Shown: positions 12,369 to 24,727, numbered from the stretch's first letter. The stretch is DNA of 30,868 bases from Tubiluchus corallicola (GCA_030141605.1 JAQGDQ010001650.1:1-30868); one strand, 5' to 3'. Notes: generated from the sequence alone by a model not told the origin. Program-made: numbers and translations.

Positions 12369-13203
12369 GTTGTGGCGCCATCTGTTGCCATTGAAATGAT
12401 ACTTTTGAGTTTTTTGTGTTTCCGTTCATCTTTGGTGTGCGTCGAAACAACTCATCAGCCCGGTTTGTTTACTTGATTTATTGTGCTTATTAGTGCTTCC
12501 ATCTGGTAATTAGTAACTCCGACTAATTACCCGCATTGTTTACTACCCTACAAACCCTACCTAGTTCCAACAATGAACAATGCGGACAATGTTTCTAATA
12601 GGCCATCCATTGTTAGAGAATTTAACATTTAAATGCTGCCTTCTGCTGTGCAGTTTGTCAGTAGGTACCCACTAGCAGACTATCATCTGCTGCCTTGGCA
12701 GTGCACCAGGCCAACAGCCAGTAGAGAGATGGCAGATCGAACCATTTTTGACGTAGGGGTGACTTTTGAAAAACAAACTGCGATTTCTTTACCACGAGAT
12801 TAATTTTTCAAATGAAATTGTTTATTAACCTTTGAAAAGCTTTTTCGGGTCACTAACAAAGACAAAAATAAACAGATTGTTAAGTTTAACAGCACAGAAA
12901 AGGGATAATATAGATTATTTTATTCCCCTAAATTGTGTTAATAGTGCCTAGTGCGGTTCTACTTCGGCTGACAAATTGATAAATTCTGCAATGAAGTGAT
13001 TAAGATGTCTAGTAGATAAAAACTCGGCCAAATGTTTTGTGTGGTGAAAACACCAACTTCCGCAACTCACAGTTCGTGTGTTCGGGGTTTCAAAGTGTAA
13101 TAAATGAATGCTTGTTGTTAACATAACAGTTCAGTTAGGTGAAATGCATCAGTGGTTGTTCTTATTTCTGAATATAAATGATTACAATTTCTTCACTGCC
13201 ACT

Positions 13204-13621
13204 TTAATCTTACAATCAGGAACCTGGCAGGTATAAGCAATAGGGTACCCGAGTCTGATTTTTGCTATACGTGTAAACACTAATGCTTAATCTTAACAAT
13301 CGGGTACCTGGCAGGTATAAGCAATAGAGCACCCGAGTCTGATCTTTGCTACCCGTGTAAACACTAATGCTTAATCTTAACAATCAGGTACCTGGCTGGT
13401 ATAAGGAATAGAGCACCCGAGTCTGATCTTTGCTACCCGTGTAAACACTAGCTTAATCTTAACAATCGGGTACCCGGCAGGTATAAGGAATAGAGTACCC
13501 GAGTCTGATCTTTGCTACCCGTGTAAACACTAATGCTTAATCTTAACAATCAGGTACCCGGCAGGTATAAGGGAGGGGTATCGGAGTCTGATTTTTGCTA
13601 CCCGTGTAAACACTAATGCTT
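13204..13621. repeat. ~84-bp minisatellite x 5
   Basis: TTAATCTT starts at 13204, 13287, 13371, 13453, 13537. Confidence 0.95.
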
Positions 13622-13711
13622 ATCCCTGCTGACAAGTCAATGTGGTAAAAATGAACTTGGATCTGTTGCATCTGATATCCAAGTGAATAATCATCTTGTT
13701 TTCTCTTGTAG

Positions 13712-13855
13712 GATTGTGGCATGCAGCTCACGGATGAACCCGACAAGCGATGTTACCCCCTGGGTGACCATCTCCTCTGTCACGATTGTCATCTGAGTCG
13801 CATCGAGCACAAACGCGGCGGCGGCGGCATGCCGGGCAGAATCAGCAATCTCTGA
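13712..13855 (+). CDS. WTIP: WTIP-like terminal coding exon: DCGMQLTDEPDKRCYPLGDHLLCHDCHLSRIEHKRGGGGMPGRISNL*
   Basis: TTGTAG acceptor ending 13711; DCG...RCYPL..HLLC..CH completes LIM3; TGA at 13853-13855. Confidence 0.95.
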   Translation, partial: DCGMQLTDEPDKRCYPLGDHLLCHDCHLSRIEHKRGGGGMPGRISNL

Positions 13856-14250
13856 TGGTGATACGCGGCGCGATGTGATCACTTCGGTAGCATGCCTGGC
13901 AGAATCAGCAACCTTTGGTGGTGATACGCCGTGTGACGTGTTCACTTTGGTAGTATGCCTAGCAGAATTCGCAATCTCTCCTGGGTGATATGTTACTCGA
14001 CGTGATCACTTTGATAGCATGCCTGGCGGAATCGGCAATCTCTGATGGTGATACTCGGCGTGATGTGATCACTTCGGTGGCATGCCTGGCAGAATCAGCA
14101 ACTTTTGATGGTGATACTCGGTGTGACATGATCACTTCGGTGGCATGCCTGGCACAATCCGCAATCTCTCCTGGGTGATATGTTACTCGACGTGATCACT
14201 ATGATAGTATCTCTGATGGTGATGCGCTGCGCGAGGTGATCACTTCAGTG
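13827..14250. repeat. 63/63/64-bp minisatellite overlapping the stop codon, ~6.5 units
   Basis: Unit starts at 13827, 13890, 13953, 14017, 14080, 14143, 14207. Confidence 0.92.
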
Positions 14251-14759
14251 TTTGTTGTTAGACTTGTTGTATATTTTACTTTATGAAGTTCTTTTGTGAC
14301 GAGGAAGTCTTAAAGACGTCGTGGTCGGCCATCTTGAGTAGACGAACTGTGCGGCGGGACGTGTCAGAACGTGCGGCTGCTAGGAAACGTGCACAACTGA
14401 TTTGTGTGTTTGTACTCGCTCTGTGCTAAACTAAACCAGTCATCGTTACCGAAATTAATTTTTTCCCGTATAATTGTTATATAAGCATAGCGTTGAAAGA
14501 GCAGCTATTCACCTGTCTGTCGTAAACAATGACCTTTCATTGAGTGCGCTTGTCCGTACCTCATCTGTTACATTTAGAAAAATTTGGCATCACTAAGTAA
14601 CTGTGTCCAGTGTGGTCAATTTAAAATGTACCGGTCAAATTTTCGCGTAAAAAATTCAGTGACTGTAAGGTGCCTTCAGTTTACTAGCACCGTGAGTGTT
14701 CAATGTAACAAATGCAGGTGCAAACTTGTCGTGATCTCCTCTCGGAGTTGATTAAATCA

Positions 14760-15152
14760 GCCTTTTCACAGTTTCGTTGTGCGCACGCGCAGTTGCTGCA
14801 GGTCGAAGGTCAAGTGTACCACAGAAGGGCATCTTAACTGCAACGTCGGCAACCGTCGCGTGACGTGTGTGCAAAACAAAGCCGTCTGCTGCAGCATTTC
14901 AGTAACTTCAGTTGGTTTACATGGACTTTACTCAATTATGCATTAGTCTGTGCATAGAGTGATTTACTAGCAGGATCTTGCTTGGGAACAAGAAAAAATG
15001 AACTAGGTAAGGTTCTAGCTAGCTGTTAAAACTGTTACTATTACAACAACATGGGCTGCGAGGCGTTGTCAAGTGTTCACAAATGTGTTGTCTGGTACAC
15101 TTAACCTTTGACCTTTTCACGATCATCATCAATCGCTGGAACTGTGAAAAGG
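14760..15152 (+). mobile_element. MITE family E (TIR CCTTTTCACAGTT...AACTGTGAAAAGG), copy 1
   Basis: TIRs plus inner inverted repeat AGGTCGAAGGTCAAGTGTACCA / TGGTACACTTAACCTTTGACCT; other copies at 17361, 18808 and an inverted fragment at 23122. Confidence 0.88.
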
Positions 15153-15304
15153 TTTATCGTCCTCTTTCTTTTTCCTCGGCAATGTAGAGCTGTTTGACCT
15201 TGAACTACTTATTTTGAGAAAAATATGCATAACTGCGTACTAACTTTTTAACGTAGTGCGTTTGTCGACTGTAGCTCATTGTGCTTGCAGTTTATGCTAA
15301 AGTA

Positions 15305-15762
15305 AAGTCAACCTCGGATATAATGGTCACCTCGGGACCAGAAAAATCGTCCCTTATAGCTGAAGTTGGGTCAGACCGGGGGTGCATCTAGACCTGTACT
15401 TTTCTGTACTTTTACCCATATTTTTATGGATTATTGCTACGCATTCAGTGTGAACGGTATGTAGGAAGCTCCTCCAGTAATGCGAGATGTATGTGACCAT
15501 ACATACCGGAAACCGAGCTGTTCGAAGGCCGAGTTTGCGAAAAATTGAGGTTAAAAATCAATGAATTTCGATTTGATAATAGGGTCCCTTATATGCGACG
15601 TAATTTACCCGGATTTCTATTACGCGGGACCTGAAGATATCGTCTCTTATAACCAAACGTCCCTTACATACGAAAATTTTTACATAGGAAAAACGTTACG
15701 AAAAATCGGGACCGGTGTTGGTGGTCCCTTATGAGCGAGTACCTTATACCCGAGGTTGACTG
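15305..15762 (+). mobile_element. pogo/Tigger-like MITE family C, copy 2
   Basis: TA+aAGTCAACCTCGGATATAA...TTATACCCGAGGTTGACTG+TA. Confidence 0.9.
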
Positions 15763-16470
15763 TATGTTGCGGTCTTTATCGGTTTTTGGTGTCGTGGCTT
15801 TCTTAGATCTGTTTATATATAGAGCTATTTTGGCTAGAGTATTTTCAGTATGCTAACAACGCCCTGTTATATTTTTGCTAGCGAACTTGTTTCAGTATAC
15901 TCCCGTATATTATTATTATATCAATTACACATATCACAAAATCTAATTAGCGATTTTAAGATATACTTGTATAGAAGATTGTGAAAATGTTGACTTTTGT
16001 AAGAGACGAAGCAACGGTTACTGACCGGGGATGTGAAATGTACTTACTATATCTAGTCTAATCCGTTTACATATTAATACGTATGTAAATTGTAAATATT
16101 TTAATCGCATAGCAGATACTTACAATCATCATACGAATAATTCGAGTAGTATTATTTTTCGCGTACGTTTTTTTAGTAATGACGTCCAGTCTGCCGATGA
16201 AATGAATGGTCATCTTTGACCGCAGCGTATCGCTCAAGTTAATAAGGTTGTTTTCTAAGCGTGTCGTTTCTCCGCTGTTAGCTGGCTGAGGTGGTCTGCG
16301 ATTGCGTTGATTATTTTAGTATCGATTTATTTTAACATACGTGTCTGTAGGTGGTACTGATGTCTGTAGTTTTCTAATGAATGGGGAGGAGACTGGAGCT
16401 GAAATTTGTGAAATGTCACTTTGTTGTTTTACATGTTATTTATTCATATGAATTATCCTTGTACGTTTAA

Positions 16471-17009
16471 AGGAAGACCGGACGATTGTTTAGACTCAAT
16501 CTCATTTTAATTCACTGTGCAAAATATACATTTTCTTGCCCGTAAAAGTTAGGAATTCTTTTTAATATTCGAATCATCACCTTGGAAAGTTAATTAACGG
16601 TAACCGAACACAGTCATCGCTTACGTCACAAACTAACCACTGTTTGTGCGATGGTGGGCATCTTACCTGCGCGTCAAGCACGTTTGCGTAAGCGAAGATT
16701 GTTATGTAACACCGATGTGATGTCATGAAAATGAGCTCTACTTCACAGACGAACACTGCAGTTCGCGATCACGCTTATCACGGTACCGCGCCTGTTTCTC
16801 GGCCACTTGAATGTGACAAAAAGGCGCCGCTGCCAATCTTAGTAGATTCACTGAGCCACGCGTAGTTTCGAAAGTTTAACGAAATTTGAGTATCCGATGT
16901 AATTATTATTTAATCTAAGCTTTGATTTTAAAAAAACCGGCTGTAGTTTTCAATATTTTAGAGCATACTTTATTTTGAACTAATGTTTACACAATCGTCC
17001 GCTTTTCCT
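16471..17009 (+). mobile_element. Kolobok-like MITE family F, copy 1
   Basis: TTAA TSD both sides; TIR AGGAAGACCGGACGATTGT...ACAATCGTCCGCTTTTCCT; inverted copy at 20635-21166. Confidence 0.88.
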
Positions 17010-17360
17010 TTAACGAATAATGTTTATGTAATATTCGCCGTGATTTTAAAATATTAGCATTGTCGTCGATGAATCATGAAGTATAACCAGCAGACATAAT
17101 CTTGTATTATCATATGTTGTAAGCATACTGCTTAATCATTGGTGTTCAGTAATCGTAGAGTAACTGTGATGACACATGTTGTCGTCGTGCTCGTTAGTTT
17201 GGCGACGGCGATGGCCAGTATTAAGACTCTGACTTCCTTGTGGCCGTTGGTTGCGAACGTTGTAATCGTCCAACTCTTGCTCATTTGAGAATCTTTTCTT
17301 GAAATTCGTGAAAGATCGTGCTCGAATCTGTAATAAGACTATTGTATGGTATGTGTTCTA

Positions 17361-18107
17361 GGCCTTTTCACAGTTTCGTTGTGCGCACGCGCAGTTGCTG
17401 TAGGTCGAAGGTTAAGTGTACCACAGCAACGCGTCTTAACTACAACCGTCACATGACGCACGCGCAGTTGCTGTAGGTCAAAGGTTAAGTGTACCACAGC
17501 AACGCGTCTTAACTACAACCGTCACATGACGCACGAGCAGTTGCTGTAGGTCAAAGGTTAAGTGTACCACAGCAACATGTCTTAACTACAACCGTCACAT
17601 GACGCACGAGCAGTTGCTGTAGGTCGAAGGTTAAGTGTACCACAGCAACACGCCTTAACTACAGCGTGGTGTGCGGGTAAAGCAAAGCCATCTGTCGCAT
17701 CGGTTCAGTAACTTCTGTTGTTTTACGCGGACTTTACTTGATTATGCATAAGTCTGTCGCACAAATTCGGGTAACTTCGGTTGTTTTACTTGGACTTTAC
17801 TTAATTATGCATTAGTCTGCGTGTAGAGTGATTTACTAGCAGAATCTTGCTTTGGAACAAGAAACAATGAACTAGGTAAGATTCCAGCTACCTGTTAAAA
17901 CTGTTACTATTACAACAGCATGGGCTGCAGGGCGTTGTCAGGTGTACACAAATGAACTAGGTAAGGTTCTAGCTAGCTGTTAAAACTGTTACTATTACAA
18001 CAGCTTGGGCTGCGAGGCGTTGTCAAGTGTACACAAATGCGTTGTCTGGTACACTTGACCTTTGACCTTTTCCTGATCATCACAAATCGCTGGAATTGTG
18101 AAAAGGC
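17361..18107 (+). mobile_element. MITE family E, copy 2, with internal tandem expansions
   Basis: Same TIRs; 73-bp segment x ~4 (17385, 17458, 17531, 17604) and two further internal duplications. Confidence 0.9.
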
Positions 18108-18807
18108 TCATTACATTGGGTTTGTTCATTGTTAGAAATCTGTCTACGGTACGACACAGTGGATACAAGTCTTCCTAGAGGTTATTTTGGGGAAATGTTG
18201 ATTGTTTTGTAGAACTAAACTTATGCCAATTCTTAGGAAACTAAATTGGAGTGTGTGCCAAGCGCATGCCTTGTTAAATTTCTTGCTTAAATTGCACAAA
18301 TTGTTTTTTGAGGTTTATATGTTTGTTAATTTTCTTGCTGATCACTGCAGTAATATATATTTCACTTAACGACGCACGGTTTCACTTAACGACGCACTGT
18401 TTTGTTTTAACAACGATTTTGCATTAGTCTGCCTCTTGAGTAACTTTCTGACTATTACATGGGTGAGCGCTCAGAGTTTTAGCTAAATGTTGCAACATTT
18501 TGGTTGTTATTGCTGTACAGGCTACAGCCGAGTTCACACGTACGTTTGAGATGCAAATGAACTTTTGCTCCGCGTAATGTGAAATTATAAATGATTAAAA
18601 AAGTTTAAATTCAGATTAAAAAAATTAAAATTGCAGGCGATTAAATTGCATGCATTTCTTGATGCGCGTGAACCGATTTCATGGAACTGGAGAGATTCGA
18701 GGGGTGTGCCTGACCTCGTGCCACCCCCACCCCTCGGTCATTTTCCGCCTTTGCTCACGACTGAAGTGCGGAAAGATGACTGTAAGCGTCTGTGCTGGTT
18801 TTATAAG

Positions 18808-19182
18808 ATTTCACGGTTTCTTTGTGCGCACGTACATTTGCTGTAGGTCAAAGGTTAAGTGTACCACAGCAACGCGTGTTTACTGCAACCGTCACGTGAG
18901 TGGGTAAAGCAAAGCTGTCTGCCCCGTCAGTTCGGTAACTTCACTTGTTTTGCGTGGACTTTATTATGCATTAGTCAATGCAAAGAGTGATTTACTAGCT
19001 GGATCTTGCTTGGGAACAAGGAAAAATGACCTATGTAAGGTTCTAGCTAGCTGTTAAAACTGTTACTGTTACAATAGCATGGGCTGTGAGGCGTTGTCAA
19101 GTGTACGCAAATGCCTTATCTGGTACAGTTAACCTTTGACCTTTTCACGATCATCACCAATCGCTGGTACTGTGAAAATGCA
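18808..19182 (+). mobile_element. MITE family E, copy 3 (more diverged)
   Basis: Colinear with 14760-15152; ends TACTGTGAAAATGC. Confidence 0.85.
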
Positions 19183-19419
19183 TATTAACCCTTTTAGTCG
19201 TTATCGTCTAAGATTACCCATATTGTTTGTCACTGCCTCATACGTTACAGGCAGAGAATTTACCTGGAAAAAATGTGTTGGACGAAATAACTTACATGAT
19301 TTAATTTCGAAAGTTAAAATAATTTTTTTACTGCTATACGTATAAATTAAGTACTAATTAGGCGGCCAAATGTATGAAAAACTTATTGCAATGTACGAAA
19401 TGTTGTGAGTAAATTTAAG

Positions 19420-19889
19420 CCTATGAACTGATTGGCCAGTAATTTTAACCTTGTGAACTGATTGGCCAGTAATTTTAACCTTGTGAACTGATTGGCCAGT
19501 AATTTTAACCTTGTGAATTGTTTGGCCAGTAATTTAACCTTGTGAACTGATTGGCCAGCAATTTTAACCTTGCGAGCTGATTGGCCAGCAATTTTAACCT
19601 TGCGAGCTGATTGGCCAGTAATTTTAACCTTGTGAACTGATTGGCCAGTAATTTTAACCTTGTGAACTGATTGGCCAGTCATTTTAACCTTGTGAGCTGA
19701 TTGGCCTGCAATTTTAACCTTGTGAACTGATTGGCCAGTAAGTTTAACCTTGTGAACCGATTGGCCAGTAAGTTTAACCTTGTGAGCTGATTGGCCTGCA
19801 ATTTTAACCTTGCGAGCTGATTGGCCAGTAAGTTTAACCTTGTGAGCTGATTGGCCAGTAATTTTAACCTTGTGAGCTGATTGGCCAGT
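19420..19889. repeat. 30-bp minisatellite (AATTTTAACCTTGTGAACTGATTGGCCAGT) x ~16
   Basis: Period of 30 nt visible. Confidence 0.95.
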
Positions 19890-19978
19890 GTAGAAAATAA
19901 TGTTGATTGTATTACACCTGTTATTTGAGATGTAAATAGAAACTGTGAATCATGTTAAGACTTTGGACTTGCAGTATA

Positions 19979-19984
19979 AATAAA
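19979..19984 (+). terminator. Candidate polyadenylation signal of the WTIP-like gene
   Basis: First AATAAA I could find after the stop codon, with T-rich sequence downstream; ATTAAA variants occur earlier. Confidence 0.4.
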
Positions 19985-20075
19985 CCTGCTTCTGTTATCC
20001 GGAAATATGACGCGTTTTTAATTATTTTTAATCTCTTATATTAATATTCTTGGTATATTTATATATATATATATA

Positions 20076-20330
20076 TAAGATTCGAGGCTACAGCCCGGAC
20101 GACGGCACCATTTGCCTGTGATCTATATATCAAACGAAAGGTCTCGATCTAGTGTCGTCTCATTGAGGGTTTATTTTTCGAATCGGGCCCACCGCGAGGA
20201 AGGGGGGGGCGAAAAACCTCCAAAAATGGTCATTTTTCGGCCGTTTTTTTTGCAAAACTTATACCTCTTATTTCTGAAGAACTGGAATTGGCCGAGGGTC
20301 TTAATTATTTTTGAGAATGAAATTTAATAA
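20076..20330 (+). mobile_element. Unclassified interspersed repeat following (TA)n
   Basis: Start homologous to 4565-4620; right boundary uncertain. Confidence 0.5.
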
Positions 20331-20634
20331 TATATAAAAAAGTTTCGTACAAGTTTTTAAACCAAATTTGACTACAAAGTCTGGATTCGAACCAGTAACC
20401 CCAACACAATCCACAAATCTCTCTATTTTACACATCCCGGAATGAATGCGTCAATTTCATGTTTGCTAATGATCAGCGGCATTACGACCCTTTTGGGGCC
20501 TCTGGGGCATGGGGGCTCCCTCAATTGGAGGCCACGCCCCTCTTGAATATTTTTCACTCGTGATATAATTTAGTTTACCCTTATATGGTTTGAAGTGGGT
20601 CTTATTGCTAGGAGTAACTATCCTGCTTCTTTAA

Positions 20635-21166
20635 AGGAAAACCGAACGATTGTGTAACACGAGTTCAGAATAAAGAATGTTCTAAAATATTGAAAACTAC
20701 AATACCTTATTTTAAATCAAAGCTCAGATTAATTAATAATTACCTCGAACACTCAAATTTCGTTAAGCTTTCAAAGCCACGTCTAGCTCAGTGAATTTAC
20801 TGAAATTGGCACTGGCGCCTTTTTGTCACATTCGCGTGGCCGATAAATAGAAGGCGGTACCGTGATAACCATGATCACGAACTGCAGTGTTAGTTTCTGA
20901 CGTCATATGACGTAGAGCCCATTTTCGTGGCATCACGTGTTTAAGCAGTACTATCACTTACGCAAATGTGCTTGACGTGCAAAGGAAGCGCAAACTGTAG
21001 TTAGTTTCTGACGTAAGCAATAGCTGTGTTCGGTTGCTATTAATTAACTTTCTAAGTTAATTATTCAAATATAAGAAACAATTGCTAACTCTTATAGGCA
21101 AGAAAATGTATATTTTGAACAGTAAATTAAAATGATATTGAGTCTAAACAATCATCCGGTCTTCCT
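20635..21166 (-). mobile_element. Kolobok-like MITE family F, copy 2 (inverted)
   Basis: TTAA+AGGAAAACCGAACGATTGT...ACAATCATCCGGTCTTCCT+TGAA; reverse-complement homolog of 16471-17009. Confidence 0.87.
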
Positions 21167-21294
21167 TGAAAGGCTTACACTCATTTTTCAAAATATTGTG
21201 CTAGGTGGCAGCACATGCCTCTATATTTGAAAATCTTTTAGCAAGATTCCCCAAGCTTGAGGTTCTCTAGGCTCCAGCCTATATATATATAACA

Positions 21295-21643
21295 ATAATA
21301 ATCTTTATTTGCCATTAAAATACATTCATAATCACTGATAAAAACTTTACAGAGATGATCAATCAGTGTTAGTTAATAAAAACTTGCACTGCTAAAGGCA
21401 AATGCGTCAGTGCAATCTAAACTACTGTGCAGTAATGGAAAGTAACGACGAATAAAATCAAACATATTTACAACTATGCACAAAAAAATGAAAAAATTAT
21501 GATTTAATTAATATGGCCGTGGATATATGAATTCTGAATTAGTGTGTATGTTGTCGTGCTGGTGTGATGGTATTTCATATCTGGTTAATATTAGTGATTT
21601 TAATTTTGTCTTAAATGCTGATAGGGACTTGATTTGTTTAGCT
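21295..21643 (-). mobile_element. Possible LINE 3' end remnant
   Basis: Minus strand reads KQIKSLSAFKTKLKSL (like LINE ORF2 C-terminal xFKxxLK) and ends AATAAAGATTATTATTG. Confidence 0.45.
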
Positions 21644-22103
21644 CAGTGGTGTGCAAATTGCGGCCCGCGAAGAGATTTGTCAACCTAATGAAAGTACGGC
21701 CTGGGCGATTAATTGAGTGTATCCAGCTGATGTCCGTGCCATGATCCCAAACATAGTGCGGGTAGTTTTTTCTACTAGATCGGATGCCATTAACCCTTAC
21801 AAGACGGTTGTAGCTTAATATCGCTGTACTACACAGACTGTGTGATACACATTACTAATATGCATTGTAATGAAATTACCACTATCTGTCCTGAAAGTAG
21901 AAATATATGGTTTGTAATATAGATTTTAATAACTTCTAAAATAGTTTCTTGAGTGTAGTACTAATGATGTACGCATGTCGGATGCAAAAAAATTGTTATT
22001 AGGCCTTTCTGTACTTGGCTCCTTGATCAAACTGCATGTGGCCCGCAGGAATAGTGGGAAAGTTTAATGTGGCCCGGCTAGTCAGATAATTTGCACACCC
22101 CTG
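21644..22103 (-). mobile_element. hAT-type MITE family B, copy 2 (inverted)
   Basis: TIR CAGTGGTGTGCAAATT...AATTTGCACACCCCTG; 8-bp TSD GTTTAGCT/GTTTAGCC. Confidence 0.92.
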
Positions 22104-22519
22104 GTTTAGCCTGTACTAGCTTATATGATAATAAGACTGTACAATGCGCGAGACCCTGGAATTTTGTTTTGCCATTTTCGCTCAGGTGTTTTGTATAATA
22201 CCGTCCGTTTAAAAATACCGATTTTCAAGATAACTGTGGCCTGCTTAATATTGTACGTGAGCTTAGTAGCCTAGCCCTTCCAATTTTCCAGATAATAGGT
22301 CGTTTCAGTAGGATTAGCGCATGTCTGGCGACGGTGCACATTTTAGCTAAATGGATTTTCGTGGGACCCGACAGGGGTTTGGAATTTGCAAAACTGGTCT
22401 TCCTTGACGCTCGAGAGCAGGTTCACTATTTTAAGAAAAGCTTTTGTGATTAACCTAAAAAACAAACCGAAAATATAATTTTATTCAGGTTTGTTGTTAA
22501 ATCAAAACCGGATCCAATC

Positions 22520-23070
22520 TTAAGCTGCAGGTCAAAACAATCTACTCTTTTAAATATTTAAAGGAAACTTACTATTTTTTCAAAAATGACTTACGTGAAA
22601 GAATTATTACCACACAAACACAATTTCACGTTCACGCCACAAGTTTTTCGCTGTTACAAGCATTTCCCCATTCGCTTGTTAGACGGTCATTGCACAAAAA
22701 CTGTATCAGTTCAGATGTGTTAGTTTGTGACGAACTACACACGTTCGACAGCTCATGCGTGAGCATAACGGTAAATTTGAAATTTGAATTTTTAACTTAA
22801 AACTTGCCTAGTTTTAGTACGACACACTGAATATCTACTGCACTTCAATTTTCACTTTCGTATCGTGGGCGTATTTTCAACACGCTCTTGGGGCATTTCT
22901 ACTGTTGAAAATTATGCTAGTTTGTGATGTCATCAATAGTTGAACTCGCCTGCCATTAATTGAGTTTTTAATCTATTATTTAATTATCAGAAACGCTTTT
23001 GCAGTACTAATTGTGTTACAATGTTTACTTTACCTGACTTGAAAATGGAGTAGTGTATGAAAAATCATCT
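22520..23070 (-). mobile_element. Interspersed repeat family D, inverted copy
   Basis: Reverse-complement homology to 8930-9510. Confidence 0.75.
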
Positions 23071-23121
23071 TGTCATCCCTTAATGATGTTTGTGCTTTCC
23101 GAAAGCCCTCAAGCTCCATTA

Positions 23122-23232
23122 CTAATGCATAATTAAGTAAAGTTCACGTAAAACAACCGAAGTTACTGAACAGATGGAGCACACGGCTTTGCTTTACCCA
23201 AATGTCAGGTGGCGGTTGTAGTTAAGACGCGT
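23122..23232 (-). mobile_element. MITE family E internal fragment (inverted)
   Basis: CTAATGCATAATTAAGTAAAG...GGTTGTAGTTAAGACGCGTT is the reverse complement of family E interior. Confidence 0.75.
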
Positions 23233-23779
23233 TCACCTACTCCTGAACAAGCCAAGCATGTAAGAAATGTCAGGTTGCTAGTTGTGGCAAGACAGGAATC
23301 GAGCGAGTTATCAAGGAAAATCTTCCGAAAGAACTGTCTCGGTCACATTCAGACACGTCTACGTTTTTTCTCAATAAAACAATAAAATCCCCCCCTCTCG
23401 GGGCTTCAGTATGTCAGATGAATCTGGCGAGTAGCAGGTTTCTCATCAATCACGCATCCATTTACTGATCAGGCTGGGCAATGCTTAACTTCTTAGCCAA
23501 ACGAACACTGTTGCTACCCAGATATTGCTCCCAGCCTCATCAAAAGCTTGATCACACAAATCTGTGATTATCTTATGGTACAGTGCCTCAGAGCACAGAC
23601 ATTTTACTTTTGTATATAAATAAATAAAAACGTGAACGTGCATTTTATTATAGTACGTAATAATTCTTAACATTAGCATCACCGGGTGTAACAATGTTGT
23701 ACATTTAAGCTGTAAAAATTATATCAAAACATAGCTATGTACAAAAAGAGAAATTAGAGAAATTTTAATTGCTCTTGAA

Positions 23780-23962
23780 GATCCAGGACAATGGAACATC
23801 CAGGACAATGAGAGATCCAGGAAAATGGGAGAACAAGGACAATGGGAGATCCAGGACAATGGGGCATCCAGGGCAATAGAAAATCCAGGACAATGGAAGA
23901 TCCAGGGCAATGGGAGATCCAGGACAAAAAATGATTCAGGACAAGGGAAGATCCAGGACAAT
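23780..23962. repeat. 17-bp minisatellite (ATCCAGGACAATGGGAG) x ~11
   Basis: Period of 17 nt visible. Confidence 0.92.
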
Positions 23963-24388
23963 CAACACAAGTCACAAGCTCAATTAGTCCACTATATGCT
24001 ACATGACACACGATACCGTTTACTATATTATATGTACAACAAAAATTCATTTTGGGGGTCAAATGGTGAAATAGGACCATGGCTGAAGGTATTAAGGAGG
24101 GGGCGTTAAAATAATTCTTCTTGGGGCGGCTCAATACATGTATGAACATAATTATTAAGCTTTTACAGACTAAAGATTATTGAAACGCAGGAATATAAAA
24201 CAAGGGGACTACTTTAAAACTTACTATTACATTTAGTTTACGAAAAACTATCCAATTTTAGTTATCCAGCATAGCAGAGCGAATAAAAACGTTTAACAAT
24301 ACTATTCAGTCCCCTGTTTCTCTGCTCTTCTCTTCCTCCTCTTCCATTCTTTATTTTCTTTTTCTTTTTTTCAATTTTTCACACCCTG

Positions 24389-24439
<51 letters not shown>

Positions 24440-24461
24440 ACTCTTCCACTCACTAACTCTA

Positions 24462-24549
<88 letters not shown>

Positions 24550-24633
24550 GTCTCTCTCTCTCTTCACTCTTCCACTCACTAACTCTACTGACTCTCTCTC
24601 TCTCTCTCTCTCTCTCTTCACTCTCCACTCACT

Positions 24634-24694
<61 letters not shown>

Positions 24695-24727
24695 CACTCA
24701 ATAACTCTACTAACTCTCTCACTCTCT
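24389..24727. repeat. (TC)n microsatellite punctuated by a repeated ~30-bp spacer
   Basis: TTCACTCTTCCACTCACTAACTCTACTGAC recurs (two full, two degenerate) between TC runs. Confidence 0.93.

Noticed and set aside
13853-13861. Stop-codon readthrough or selenocysteine extension
   Set aside because: TGA TGG TGA: a second in-frame stop follows after one codon.
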